DNA of 64,000 nt from Cycas panzhihuaensis (taxonomy: Eukaryota > Plantae > Cycadophyta): the NCBI GenBank assembly GCA_023213395.1, contig CM041465.1, positions 119,419,741 through 119,483,740 on the forward strand. Direction: 5' to 3'. The first letter of the stretch is position 1. Each line of letters opens with the position of its first letter. The notes beneath the pieces are model-generated. The model had not been told where the DNA came from. It was given only the letters and a program-made list of their open reading frames with translations, and ran no database searches. Of this stretch, positions 1 to 12,367 are shown in pieces. Made by a program: the position numbers and the translations under genes.

Positions 1-1845
1 TATAAAGTCTGAGTATGTATATGCAGAAAGCTTGAAGTCTGAATTAGGTTCATACAACAGACCATATTTACTGGTCGTCTTAAGGTATCTCAATACTCGC
101 ACTGTTATCTGTCAATGATTCTATGTAGGATTTATCATGTAATGAGCAAGAATACTGACAGAGTATATAATATCTGGCCTTGTATTGGTAGTGTAGATGA
201 GACTACCTATAAGTTTCCTGTAGAGTGTTGCGTCTGCCTCCCTAGTGTCACCTTCAGCTGAGAGTTTGGTATTAGGATCCATAGGTAACATCACTGGTCG
301 ATCATCTTCTAACTGAAACTTGGTTAGAAGATCGTTGATGTATTTTTCTTGGGAGAGGAAAATTTTTCCATTCTTTTGTGTTACTTCAATTCCCAAGTAA
401 TATTTCATCAAACCGAGGTCAGATAATTTGAATGTTTTGCCAAGGTCCTTTTTCAGCTAACTTATTGCCTGTTCACTATTACCTGTTATTAGCATGTCAT
501 CCACAAAGATTATGAGATAAGTGACTTTATCTTTATGGCGCTTAATAAACAATGTTGCATCAATATCTTGATAGTCACAAACCTAGTATCCAAGTTGCCT
601 CATCCTTTCAGACAACTTGGCAAACCAAGCGCGAGGGGCTTGTTTAAGGCCATACAAGGATTTTCTGGGCCTGCAAACCTTATGCTCTTGACCTTCGATC
701 TCATATCCTTCTGGCTGAGCCATGTAAATTTCTTCTTCAAGATCTCCATTGAAAAATATGGTCTTAATATCAAGTTGGCGAATTTTCCAACCCTGTTGAG
801 CAGCCAAGGTCACAAGAGTTCTAATTGTAGGCCATTTGGTTGTAGGTGCAAAGACTTCAGTGTAGTCGATGCCTTCCCTTGTGTAAATCCTTTAGCTACC
901 AACCTCGACTTGTGTTTTTCAAGGGTGTCGTCTGATCTATATTTATTTTTAAACACCCATTTATTTTGAACTACCTTTCTGCCAAGTGGTAGATCAACGA
1001 GCTCCCATGTCTGGATTCTTGATAAGAGATTGGTACTCTTCGTTCATGGCGTTTCTCCAAGCTGCATGCTTTACAGCTTCTTGGTACATTAAGTGCTCTT
1101 CATTAAGAGTAAGGTGCAATTCTGTTGATTTAAGCTCAGTATATAATGATTCTTGCATCCTTGCTCTATGTGCACTTCGAGTGCCAATTTTGCCCCTCTC
1201 ATCTGGTTGTATGTCCTTATTGAACTGGCGGGCTTCTTGAGATCCTCGAGTTGGAAATGATGTCCTCATTTTCCCAACTTCTTGGTTCTCATCGTGTTTA
1301 TTAAAATGATTATTTTGTAAGGAGGATGTTGATGTGCCTAAGGAAGATGGTCCTTCTACCATTGTTTTGCCTTTGTCAATTGAAGGTGGAGAGGATGGTT
1401 CTTCTACAATGGCTTTGCCTTTGTCAACTCTGCTATCTTCAAAAGATTGTGTTGGATGTACACTCATTAGTTCAGAGTCACAACTTGTATCCTCCAAGGC
1501 TCTATTGTCAACTTCCAACATTTGGAGTAATTTATGTCTGTCCCCCCCACCAAATTTTAGAATCTGAACATCATACTTGATAACTTTATTATAGCGATGT
1601 GAGGGTACTATGGAGTCTAATTTAAGTAACTAATCCTCTGTCTCCGCAAAAACGACATCTCTGGTAACGATGATTTTTCGTTGTGAAGGTATGAAGACCT
1701 TATACCCTTTCTTATCCATAGGGTATCCAACAAAAATGCCTTTAAGTGCCCTTGGCTAGAGTTTATTTCTATTTGTATCCAAAATATAGGCATAGCATAT
1801 AGAGCCAAAAATTCTAAAGTAGTGAACAATAGTGGCTTGTCCTGA
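1..1845 (-). pseudogene. Ty1/Copia pol fragment: integrase C-terminal SH3-like region, linker and reverse transcriptase (runs off window start)
   Basis: Motifs FRIFG...GYPMDKKGYKVF...RDVVF (1620-1830), WRNAMNEEYQSL, QLDIKTIFFNGDLEEEIYMAQPEGY, KSLYGLKQAPRAW, YYLGIEV..FLSQEKY, YRKLIGSLIY..TRPDI; stops and frameshifts present. Confidence 0.93.
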
Positions 1846-3229
1846 GTCTACACTGCTTTCCCAAAATATAATAGTTATAAAAATTCAAATCTGAAAGTTG
1901 CAAGTTAGGAAGTAACTTACGGTTCATCAACACCTTAAGTCATCTCCCACTCATGTGCCCAAGTCTCTGATGCCATAACTGAGCTAGATCTTCTGCAATT
2001 TTTGATGTTGTAGCTGCATGGTTGACATCTGTATTTTCCACTAAAATATAAAGGTTTCATTTCTTTAAGGCTTTCATAACAACCAAGGCACCCTTTGACA
2101 CCTTCAAGACTCTTTCATGACATGTGTACTTATAACCACCAGAATGTAGTTCATCCAAGAAAATTAAATTACTTTTTAGATTAGGTACATGTCTAACTTC
2201 AGTTAATGTTCTCACTACACCATCAAACATTTTAATTCTGATGCTACCAATGCCCACTGTCTTACAAGAAACTTCATTTCCCATAAGCACATTACCACCA
2301 TCAAGAGGTTGGTATGACGAAAACCAACTCTTGTATAAACACATATGGTGTGAAACACTTGAATCTAATAACCAATCATGTTAATAATGGGAAACATTAT
2401 AAGCAACCAAGACATCTTTATCTATGCCTTGATTCAACTCCACCTGATTAGTCTCCTTGGTAGGGTTTTTCTTTTCTGAAATTCCTTCTTTTTGTAGTAA
2501 TCCTTCTTGAGGTGACATATCTTATTATAGTGCCAACATCTAAGCCTACTCTTTTTGCCTTTTGACTCTGACCTCGATGTATCCTTGGAGCTTTGTCCTC
2601 TCTCAATCATTCTACCCCTTGTTGTCATAGCTTTTAGTGTGGAGGTTTCAAGATTAGACTTCCTCTTCACCTCTTCTGTCAGCAAAGCACTCACAACAAA
2701 ATTATAATCTAATTTATCTATAGTGCTAAAACTAATTGAGGTGATAAATTATCCCAAAATTCTGGTGATAAGCATAATAAGGTAATAACCCTGTCCCCAT
2801 CCTCAATAGTGATATCCATACTAGCCAACTGATAAATAAGAGCATTAAGAACATTTAAACGATCAGCAATTTTTGTACCTTCCTTCATCTGCAATGAGTA
2901 CAGTTACCTCTTTAAGTAGATTTGATTCATCACTAATTTGGTCATGTACAAGCCTTCTAACTAGATCCATAATCATGTTGTTATCTTCTCCCCTGCAATA
3001 TTAAATAGAACTTTGTCCACAAGTATAATTGTATTGTACTAAAAGCCCTTTTGTCCAGATCATTCCATTCGTCATCGTCCATCCCTTTGGGTTTCTTCGA
3101 TTTACCTACCAGAGCTCTACATAATCCTTGTTGTACCAAAACATCATACACTTTCAACTTTTACAACTTAAAGTTATTCTTGCCATTGAATTTCTCCACC
3201 TCGAACTTTGCATTCGCCAATTTTTCCAT
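1846..3229 (-). pseudogene. Ty1/Copia (Tork/Tnt1-like) gag, zinc knuckle, protease and GAG-pre-integrase, degenerate
   Basis: ATG at 3229: MEKLANAKFEVEKFNGKNNF...DVLVQQGL; knuckle remnant CWHYNKICHLKKDY; protease-region GNVLMGNEVSCKTVGIGSIRIKMFDGVVRTLTEVRHVP; LWHQRLGHMS followed by decayed CxxC (YNYY) at about 1850-1970. Confidence 0.9.
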
Positions 3230-3287
3230 TTGGTAGAAAAAAAGTCTGACACAAAAACCTTCACAAACTTATTGCAAAAATAAAAGT

Positions 3288-3300
3288 GGCTATGATACCA
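3288..3300 (-). promoter_or_regulatory. Primer binding site (tRNA-iMet) of the Copia element
   Basis: Minus strand TGGTATCATAGCC, 2 nt after LTR end ...CTCAACA. Confidence 0.85.
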
Positions 3301-3302
3301 CT

Positions 3303-3959
3303 TGTTGAGAAAATTAGGTCCTAATAACTAAAAACTGCCACCAAGATTTAAGCTATTTTACAACTAGATCTAGGAATTGAAACTGAAATTTAATATGCAC
3401 GTTCTTAAACCAGAGATAATACAATAAATAAATCAAAAATGTAAAGCATCACAAATACACTAATTATAATGTGGTAAAACCCTAGCAGTGTGTTAGAGAA
3501 ACATACACACAGGAAAGGTATCGATCTTTATTATCAAAGAATAAAGAAAATGTACATAGTCCACAGCAGAATGCTCACAGCAATAACAACTAGTCGCCTT
3601 TACTCAATATAGTACATCAAATATCATCAACATAATGAAAAAACACCCTAATCAGACTATATGAGAAAATCATACAAAACACAAATCTCAACCATCAAAT
3701 CTAGAGTATTTTGAATGAACAACCTCGATTCTCTTTATAATTTAGTATGTTTCACATTTTACCGAGGGGGTTACTATCTGACATGAGTTATATCTAAATG
3801 AACTCTCTTGATATCAAAATTTTGTTTTATAGATAGGATAAAGTATTTGTAATAAATCTCATCTAGTTATTGTGATAATAATATATTAATATGGTATATG
3901 ATATATTTCCCACTAAACCCTCAATTCAAAAATATTGTTGAGACTAACATTTTTCAGCA
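3303..3959 (-). repeat. 5' LTR of the Tork-like Copia element
   Basis: Abuts the PBS; termini TGTTGAGA...TTTCAGCA form a short inverted repeat; outer boundary inferred, no partner LTR in the window. Confidence 0.6.
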
Positions 3960-4115
3960 AGCTGATACTAATATTATGTAAAACAATTCCTATCTAACCT
4001 ATGCCACAAAAGTCAACAATATTACATTTATTATATCACATTATATTTGTTATATTTTCATAAGATATAACCTATATGTGATGTCATAATATATAATCTA
4101 CATGCTCTCCATCCT

Positions 4116-4375
4116 TGTTACAACCCTCCATAAACCAAATTAATTAATATAATTATTATAGAAAAGGATGCCTTTAAATGGTTGGACCTCTCTGTTAAAA
4201 GGCTCAATTACATGCATATAAATACACATACATTATAAACATTTATCATCACTTAACTTTTATCAATCTATTATTTGCTCTTTCGATTATTGAATCTGCT
4301 CGAGCATTCTTTGTATTCTTGTGTGCTCTTTGGAACCTAGTGATTGTCCTCGACTTACAAACTAGGTGCATAACA
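4116..4375 (+). repeat. 5' LTR of chromovirus A
   Basis: Aligns end to end with 16941-17190; TG...CA termini; followed by Met PBS. Confidence 0.93.
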
Positions 4376-4500
4376 AGTGGTATTAGAGAATTAAGATTCT
4401 CATCTTTTACATCCAGTTAATTCAAAGGATTGTCTCAACTGTGACATACTAATCATCAAGGATCTTTATGGTTGAATCTCCAATGAAAAAATATATATAC

Positions 4501-4828
4501 TGATATAATTCCTTATGGGAATTCTTTACACTTGAACAAAAAACAAAAATGCAGAACATAATAAAGAGAACGATTAGACATAAAATGGGCAACAAATAAG
4601 CAACAGCAATTTCTTATTCAAAAACTAGCTTCTTTTATATCTATAAGGCCTTAAATAAGCAAAATGGCCATTTAGTCTATGAATCTTATTGAAGAGGCAT
4701 TCAACCTTTATTTTCATTGGTAGCCTTAAGTGGCCCACATATACCTTTTAATAGTCAACATTAACATCCACCTTTTACTAATAAAAAGTACCATGCTCTA
4801 CCAACCACTCACTAGTGGTTATGTAACA
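4501..4828 (-). repeat. 3' LTR of chromovirus B
   Basis: Aligns with 10529-10868; adjacent PPT. Confidence 0.9.
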
Positions 4829-4844
4829 AGTCCCATCCCCAAAG

Positions 4845-7800
4845 ACGTTAAGTCTCGCAACGTAATAGGTGTAGATATTACTTAACGAATTCATTTGGTT
4901 TCCATGTTGCTTCCCCCCTGTTATTGGTTCATTACACCAAGTGCTCAGAAATGGTTATATTCTAGAGATGGTAGTGTCTGATTTCCAAGATATAGTTTAG
5001 GAAAACAATTAGGAGTTTGTTCTTCAACGAGGATTGGAAGAGTGATCTATAGGACAATGAACTTGGCAAGGAGCTTTTTAAGGTATGACACATGAAAGGC
5101 ATTATGGATCTTAGTGTCAGAAGGGAGTTCAAGGGTATATGTAACTTCTCTAATGTGTTGGCTAACCTTGTAAGGACCATAGTATCGAGGGTTAAGTTCA
5201 TAGTTTGTATTATGACAGAGTGATTGCTACTTCTAGGGTTTGAAGCAAATAAAGACCATATCGCCAATATAAAAAGTTTGATCAGAGTAGTGGCAGTCGG
5301 TAAGTTACTTCATGTGATTCTGAGCTATGGCCTGATTTTATTTAAGTGTGTTTAGGATTTGGTCTATATCTTGTAATTTCTGTGGTTGTATACAAACTAA
5401 TGGCCAATGTACGGTGGGACGGTGGGAGATAACCATAAAGGGCCATGGACATGCTAATTGTAGAGTGGCAGAGATAGTTACACCAACATTGCATTAAAGC
5501 TAATCAAGAGGTCCATCATTTTTGGTGTTCAAATGCAAAATAATGAAGATATGTCTCTGAGATTCAATTGAGGATCTCTGATTGACCATTCGTCCAGGGG
5601 TAGTACAAGGAACTTATATTGAAGAAGGTGCTAACTGCACGAAAGAGTTCTTGGCAAAAGGAAAATGTGAATTTAGGATCTCAATGTAAGAGTATGGTGA
5701 ATAGAAAACCATGGAGGCAAAAAATAAATTGGATGTAGAGGGCAGCCAGGCAGGGGACTTGGTAGGATATGTGGACTAGTAAAACATGTACATATTTTAT
5801 TAGTTGATTGATGATTACACAGATAAAGTCATTTCCAGCTGAAGATGGTAGACTTGTGATGAATTTTATGGCAATATCTTGCCATTTACCTTGTGGGATT
5901 TGAAGGGGTTGGAGGAGCCTAAGTTAAGCCTTCATGTCTCTCTTCTTCCATTGGCATATGTCGCATTCTTCTATGAAGGTCAATATAGAGGATTTTATTT
6001 GAGACTAGTAGAAATCAAAGCAGATGCAACAATAAGTTTTATCAAAACCTAAATAACCTCTTAAGGGGGTGGTGTGGTACTTTATCAAGATATAAAGAAT
6101 GAAGGGGGAGGATAGATGGATAAAGATTCAATTTTTGTAGAGAAAATGGGTGTTATACAAGATCCAATCCTTTTGAGTTTAATTTTTTTATGACCACTTA
6201 CTAAAATCAGGTTGGGATTTGTTATTTTCAATTAATTCTTGGAGCCACATAGGTTGAGGGGCAGATATGGCTTGTAGGATGAACTCGAAGAGGTCAGAAG
6301 GGAGATGAGAGAGAGCCTCAACTACAACATTTTCAATGCCCTTTTTATAAGATATAATGAAGCCAAACACTTGGAAGTGATTGACCCACTTTACTTGTTC
6401 TTCAGAAAGGACAAGTTCATCAAGGAGGTGATGGAGACTATGTTGGTCAGTTAAAATAGTGAATTTGGATTTGAGTAAATACTGACACCACTTATTAACT
6501 GCATGGAGGATGGCCTTTATTTCTTTTTAGTAATTTGAAAGTCAACATTCATAGTCTTTTAGCTTTCGACTTTTGAAGACAATTGGATGAAAATCCTAGA
6601 TGAGGACAACTCCTAAGCTTATGTCAAATGCATCGCATTCGAATTGGAATGGTTTAGAAAAATTTGGGATGATTAATACAAGGGTGATGGACATGAGCAA
6701 TTTAAGATGGTTAAAGGCATCGTTAGCATTAGGGAACTACTAAAAAGAGTCCTTGCGAAGCAAATTGGTTTGGAGGGTGATAATAGAAGCATATTTTTTA
6801 ACGAATTGATGATAGAAGCCTGTGAGTCCAAGGAAAGCTAGTAGTCGAATGAGAGTCTTGGGAATGGGCTACACGACGATAGCTAAAACTTTATTAAGAT
6901 CCACTCAAACTCCTTCTGTCAAGATGATATAGCCTAGATATTAGAGTTCAGTCTTCCCAAATTCACACTTACTGAGTTTGGCATAGAGTTTGTGTTGGAA
7001 GAGAAACTAAAGAGAAATTTCCAAATGTTATAGATGAACAAACATGCAGGAACTATAGACAAGGATGTCATCAAAAAAGACAATGATGAACTTGCAAAGG
7101 TGGCAACCAAAGATCTTGTTGATTAGGTCTTGAAATGTGATCGATGCATTGCATAATTTGAATGACATAACCTGAAATTTGAAATGCCCATGGTGCGTTT
7201 GAATAGTAACTTTATGACGGTCTTCAGGGGCAATGGGAATTTGATAATACCTCGATTATAGGTTCAATTTTAAAAAAATGGTGGCTCGATGAATTTCATC
7301 CAACATATTGCCAATACGATGAGTGGGGAATTTATTTTAAATTGTTAGTTTGTTAAGCTCCTAATAAGTGACGCAGAGGAGAAATGAGTTGTCCTTTTCC
7401 CAAACAAGCATGATGGGGGCTACGTAAGGGCCTTCACTAGGTTGGATTATCCCCATGTCCATAAATTTTTTTTTTATCCATTCAATTTTATTTTTTTAAA
7501 AGTAGAAATTACAATACAATCGTAGGCTAATAGAGTTGTGGGGGTTTCTAAGTTCGATGGTGTGATGGAAACCTCTATCTCAGGGGGCTACTGAGAAGTG
7601 GGTTGAAGACGAATTAATATTTGATAAGGATGGGTTAGATGTCAAGGTGAATATCAACTTAAGGTTGAATATTATTGAAGTGAACTATATAACTAACACT
7701 ATTATTCAATTGTTTGCTCATTTGTTTCAAGGTTAAGAGTTTATTAAGAGGCAATTGAAATCCATGTCATTTGCGGATTTGTCTAAAGTGGTCTTTAAAT

Positions 7801-9188
7801 AGAATAAATGGGTTGGTGGATGAATTATTAGTGCTATAAGTGCCAAGGGTTTGGAGCCATTAAACTCTTAGGATGGTCTCAAATCCTCCTATGAAAAAGG
7901 CATAAAAATCATAATCTAGTTGGTATGTGCCAATTTGGACGTGGAGATTTTTAAAGAGGCCTACACAGTGGAGTTTGTAGTGTCCTAGTAAAGAGCAAGT
8001 GAACCTAGTTTTTGATACAATGCAAAAAATAAATTATTTAACTAGAGAGATATTGATGAAATTAAACGACGCACCACTATCGATCAAGATAGTTATGGGA
8101 AAATCCTTTAATATACCTTTGACTCAGAGGGGCTCAAGGTAGGGCATAGAGGAGAAAATAGAGGAAACAATTGAAAGGGAAATTTCAAGTTCTAGTTCAA
8201 GGTCAATGGGGGAATCAACGATTGGGTCTTCCTCAGGCTTAGTGTCTGTATCCAGATCTTCATCAATCAAGATTATAAGATCAATGGTGAAGACCATACG
8301 TTTGGCTTTACAGACCTTATTATGTCTGATAGTCCATTTCTCTGCACATTTAATACAAAGACCCACTTTCTAACATTTATTGGCTTCAACAGAAGTTACT
8401 CGCTCAGACCCTGTAATTTGTTCACCTAGTGGTCATTTCTCTATGGGGCATTCTGTTGTGGGGAAATCATCCTGACAATGCTCCCATTTGAATACATTCT
8501 TTGAGTTCAACTGTATAGATTTCAACTAGGTTTAGTTGATCGAGCTGTACATTGACCCTGTTCTAGACAGCTTGGAACTCATTAGTGAAAGCTTCAACTA
8601 TCAAAGATTGTTTCAGTCGAATGCATTAACTAAAAAAATTTGGTTCCACGTGTCCCCATACCTCTCAAAGAAGTTTTTACAGAACTGATTCCAAAATTGA
8701 TTTGCAAGGTATTCCTTCTACCACCATTGAAACCAATGTTGAGTCTATCCATCTAGATGAATGGATGCAAGGGTGAGCTGATCATCAATTGACATGGAGT
8801 GAAGTCAAAAATATGACTCCAACTTGTTAATCCAACTCCTTGCGTTGTCCTTGTTTAACTCTAAATCAAAAATGGGAATGTTGATCTTATGAAGGAATGG
8901 TAGTTGTCATTAATAACTCTGAAATGGAAAAGGTGGTGGCATCTGTTGCTGATTGGTTGACCCTATTGAATTGGAGGTACTTCTTTAATTGACAATCTGT
9001 GGGAGCGGCTATGAGAATTTTGCAAGATCAAATTTAATGTTTAAAAATTCACTTTTTATGGATACAGATTCTTTTTTATTATGATTATTATTATTGATGA
9101 GTTCGTTCTGGATGGTATTAAACTCATCCTTAATGGATGTGAGACTATTTACGAGCTATTGAATTTTATCAACTTGTTTGATTGCCAT
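4845..9188 (-). pseudogene. gag-pol of chromovirus B (gag, protease, RT, RNase H, integrase, chromodomain), degenerate
   Basis: Minus strand: GLCIKCAEKWTIRH knuckle; ILIDSGASFNF protease (about 8070-8095); VFFDDILVY RT (about 7055-7085); YKKGIENVVVEALS end of RNase H; EATW chromodomain-like tail near 4900; many stops. Confidence 0.88.
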
Positions 9189-10528
9189 CGTTGATTGTGA
9201 ACACTAACTTGCGTGAGAGAACAAAATTATTCGAAGTGGAACTAGATAGAAGAAGAGAAATGTACGAAGTGGGAAGAGAAAGAAAGAATGGAATGACGAA
9301 ATAGGGATAGATAAGAAAGAGATTTAAAAAAGATAATGGTTAAGTGAGGGGATGAGAAGGGAATAAAAGGGGTGGGGGTATCTATAACGAGTTGACCCCA
9401 AAAGTACAATAAACTCACCTAATGTATAAAAACAAGTGGAAAAAGTCTGTTGAGATGAGATAGGTGAATTTTAAGTGGATTTTTTTTTGTCAGTAGGGCC
9501 CACAAATGACCCAAATAACATGAAAAGTAACTACAAAAACTAACTTAGTGCAAAATAACCAATAGAGCATGTTGATTGAAATAAGGTATATGAATTTTAC
9601 TTCTTTTTTTTTTTTTTTTTGTAAACTTGTATCGTAAAATATGCTTAAGTGGAGTTCTTTTTCTTTCCCTCCCCCCCCCCTCATTTTTTTTTACTGTAAG
9701 TCTAACTACGTTTGTAATTTCTAAATTCGTCACATTAAACGCTAACCACTACACTACAAAATTTCAGCGACCAACAAGTTGCCTATGCTAAGAAAGATTC
9801 AAAACCTACAAGGGTCCTCCTATATACCTAAAGGTACGTAGAGACAATTCCATAGCTAGGTTCTATTTAGGACTTGGTTCTGCAGTGTTATCTCTAGTCC
9901 ATTACATAAAGAGCAAAAAAGCCATGAGTGCTTAACTAGAATAACATATCCCAGTGATTTTTAAAGACCACCGATATAGAGTCTCTACCTAACTACTTGA
10001 GTAGCTACCATGCGGAATCATCTACTTAAGAAAGAAGAGTGGTAGAGAGAAAGGGTAACCACCAAGTGAAGTAATTTACTCTTGAATTGCCAACTCCATA
10101 ACAGAAATTGAAATAATAAATAAACTAAACTAAAAATTAACACGAAAAAAAAAATTTATTGGACATTACCTAAAAAAAGAAATTATCTTTCATGAGATTA
10201 GTTTTGTTCTTCAGTCTCCATCGAGAGAGTACTAAAAGGTGGTCTTTCCTCAATCTCTACTTGGGTAAAAAGAGTAATCGATATAGCAGAAAAAAGTTTA
10301 AAAACAAAAACAAAAAAATTAACTTTCGCAAGATTTCTCTCACAACTCATGAGTGGGATTAGTTATATTCTTTAATCTCCATAGAGAGAGTACTAAGAGG
10401 TGGTCTTTCCTCAATCTCTACTTAAGTAAAGAGATTACTCGATTTGGCAAAAAAACAAAAAATTAAAATCTCAATTTTTTTGCCCATTGAACACTTCCTA
10501 TGATCATAAACTTAGCTCTCATATCACT

Positions 10529-10868
10529 TGATATGATTCCTTTTGGGAATCCTTTACACCTAAACAGAAAATAGAAATGCAGAACACAATAAAAAACATA
10601 ATTAGACACAAAAAGGATGCCAAAAGATCACACCAAATAGGCAGCAACAATTTCTCATTCAAAAGTTAACATCTTTTATATCCGTAAGACCTTAAATAAA
10701 CAAAATGGTCATTTAGTCCATAAATCTTATGAGAGACATTCAACTTTTATTTTCATTGGTAGCCTTAAGTGACCTGCGCACACCTTTTAATAGTTAACAT
10801 TAACATGTCTCTTACTAATAAAAACTACCTTCACAAGAATTTCGCTAACCACTAGTGGTTATGTAACA
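10529..10868 (-). repeat. 5' LTR of chromovirus B
   Basis: Aligns with 4501-4828; PBS adjacent. Confidence 0.9.
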
Positions 10869-12000
10869 TATATACATATTGTACGATATATATATATATA
10901 TATAAACTAAAATATAACATAACCAACTTAAATAATAATAGCATCGACACCTTCAAGTCGTAGGCTAACAAGAACAATTAAGAATAATAAACAACACTAA
11001 AGGAATAATATAGTCATGAACCTTCATATATATCGAGCAACAATAGTTGTCTCACTTGCCTAAATACTAGCAAGAATATGTGGCAAAATATATAGCACAA
11101 CTAGGAACCTGTAACAAAATATATAGCGCAACCAATCAAGACAACTATCTAGGAGGAATATATTCATCAACATAAGCATTAACCATGCCCACTTCTGCAT
11201 CGAGTCACAACTTAATAGTGAAATAGCTCCCAGAATAAACTATTAGTCTCAAGCGTAACTTTATATGTAGACATATTCATCACATTAACCAATATCATCC
11301 ACAGGCATCTCAACAAGTTGCATACTTCACATGTTATTAAAACTAATAAAACAATATATTAGCATGCATATTTATGTTGCTTAATATATATGCCATAATC
11401 CTACATATACACATCTTTGCAACAAAGATAAATTTGTCACCATAAATAAACGAAATTGAACTATAATCAAACTGCGATATTAAATCATCACCTCCTATTC
11501 CATTGACATTTGATCAAAATAGCCTACCCCTTCTTCGAGTCAAGCCAAGTTGCACTATAATCTTAGGAGTTTTATGCCACTAACCAATCCATAGTCCTAG
11601 GGTTCTAGGGCAAGCTCTCTGTGTCTAATTGATTAGATTGCAAATATGTTAATCCTCATGTTGAAGCAAACGAGATTACCAAGGTAATGGTATATGCATA
11701 TATAATATATATGCAAAAACATTTGAACTCATTTTCTCGTTCTAAGTTAACCATCTTGTCGTCTTATTTGATTTATATATACCTTCACCCTATATTGTTT
11801 TCACTATTCTCGCAACATAAAAAAAAACCCTATATATTTGCCATTATAGCCGCTTATAACCATCGTCGCATATTCACTATTATAATTACCATTATATAGC
11901 CACATATTTGCCATTATATAATTACTTCTATATTAATAAATAATTGTCCATACATGTCTTTTAAGTCATATATTTATACATACTTGCCACATACAAGAAT

Positions 12001-12038
12001 TGTGTGTGTGTATGTGTGTGTGTGTTTGTGTGTGTGTG
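12001..12038. repeat. (GT)n microsatellite, imperfect
   Basis: Direct inspection. Confidence 0.9.
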
Positions 12039-12367
12039 TTTAATAGAAATATGATAGTAGCAAATTTTTCTTCTTGCATAAGCCATCTTACACATCATAC
12101 AAATATTTAGTTTTATGTATATATCATGTGTTTCACGACCAAATAGTCCAATATAAGTAAATACATAAAATCACTCACAATAACGAAATACAACCAGTGA
12201 AAGCGTATATATACCATTATAAAAATAATGAACACTAAAAAAAAGTTATAATTTCTATTCAAAAAGATATGGTCAAACCTATTACCCAAATAGTTCATGA
12301 GGCAATTCATTTGTCAAATGTATTTTTAAACCATACCTCACATCAAATTCTAGACAAATTAACAATC

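Larger units (their letters stand above)
4501..10868 (-). mobile_element. Ty3/Gypsy chromovirus B, nested in the 5' leader of A
   Basis: LTRs 4501-4828 and 10529-10868; PPT (minus GGGGATGGGACT) at about 4829-4840; degenerate Met PBS TGATATGAGAGC 10515-10526; both flanks read TATATAC (TA-rich target). Confidence 0.92.

Noticed and set aside
535-1580. Plus-strand ORFs over the Copia RT/linker
   Set aside because: Antisense shadows of the minus-strand pol
9980-10030. Hammerhead ribozyme (retrozyme) in the chromovirus leaders, prompted by GATGA plus hairpins
   Set aside because: The CUGANGA and GAAA cores are not both present in either copy
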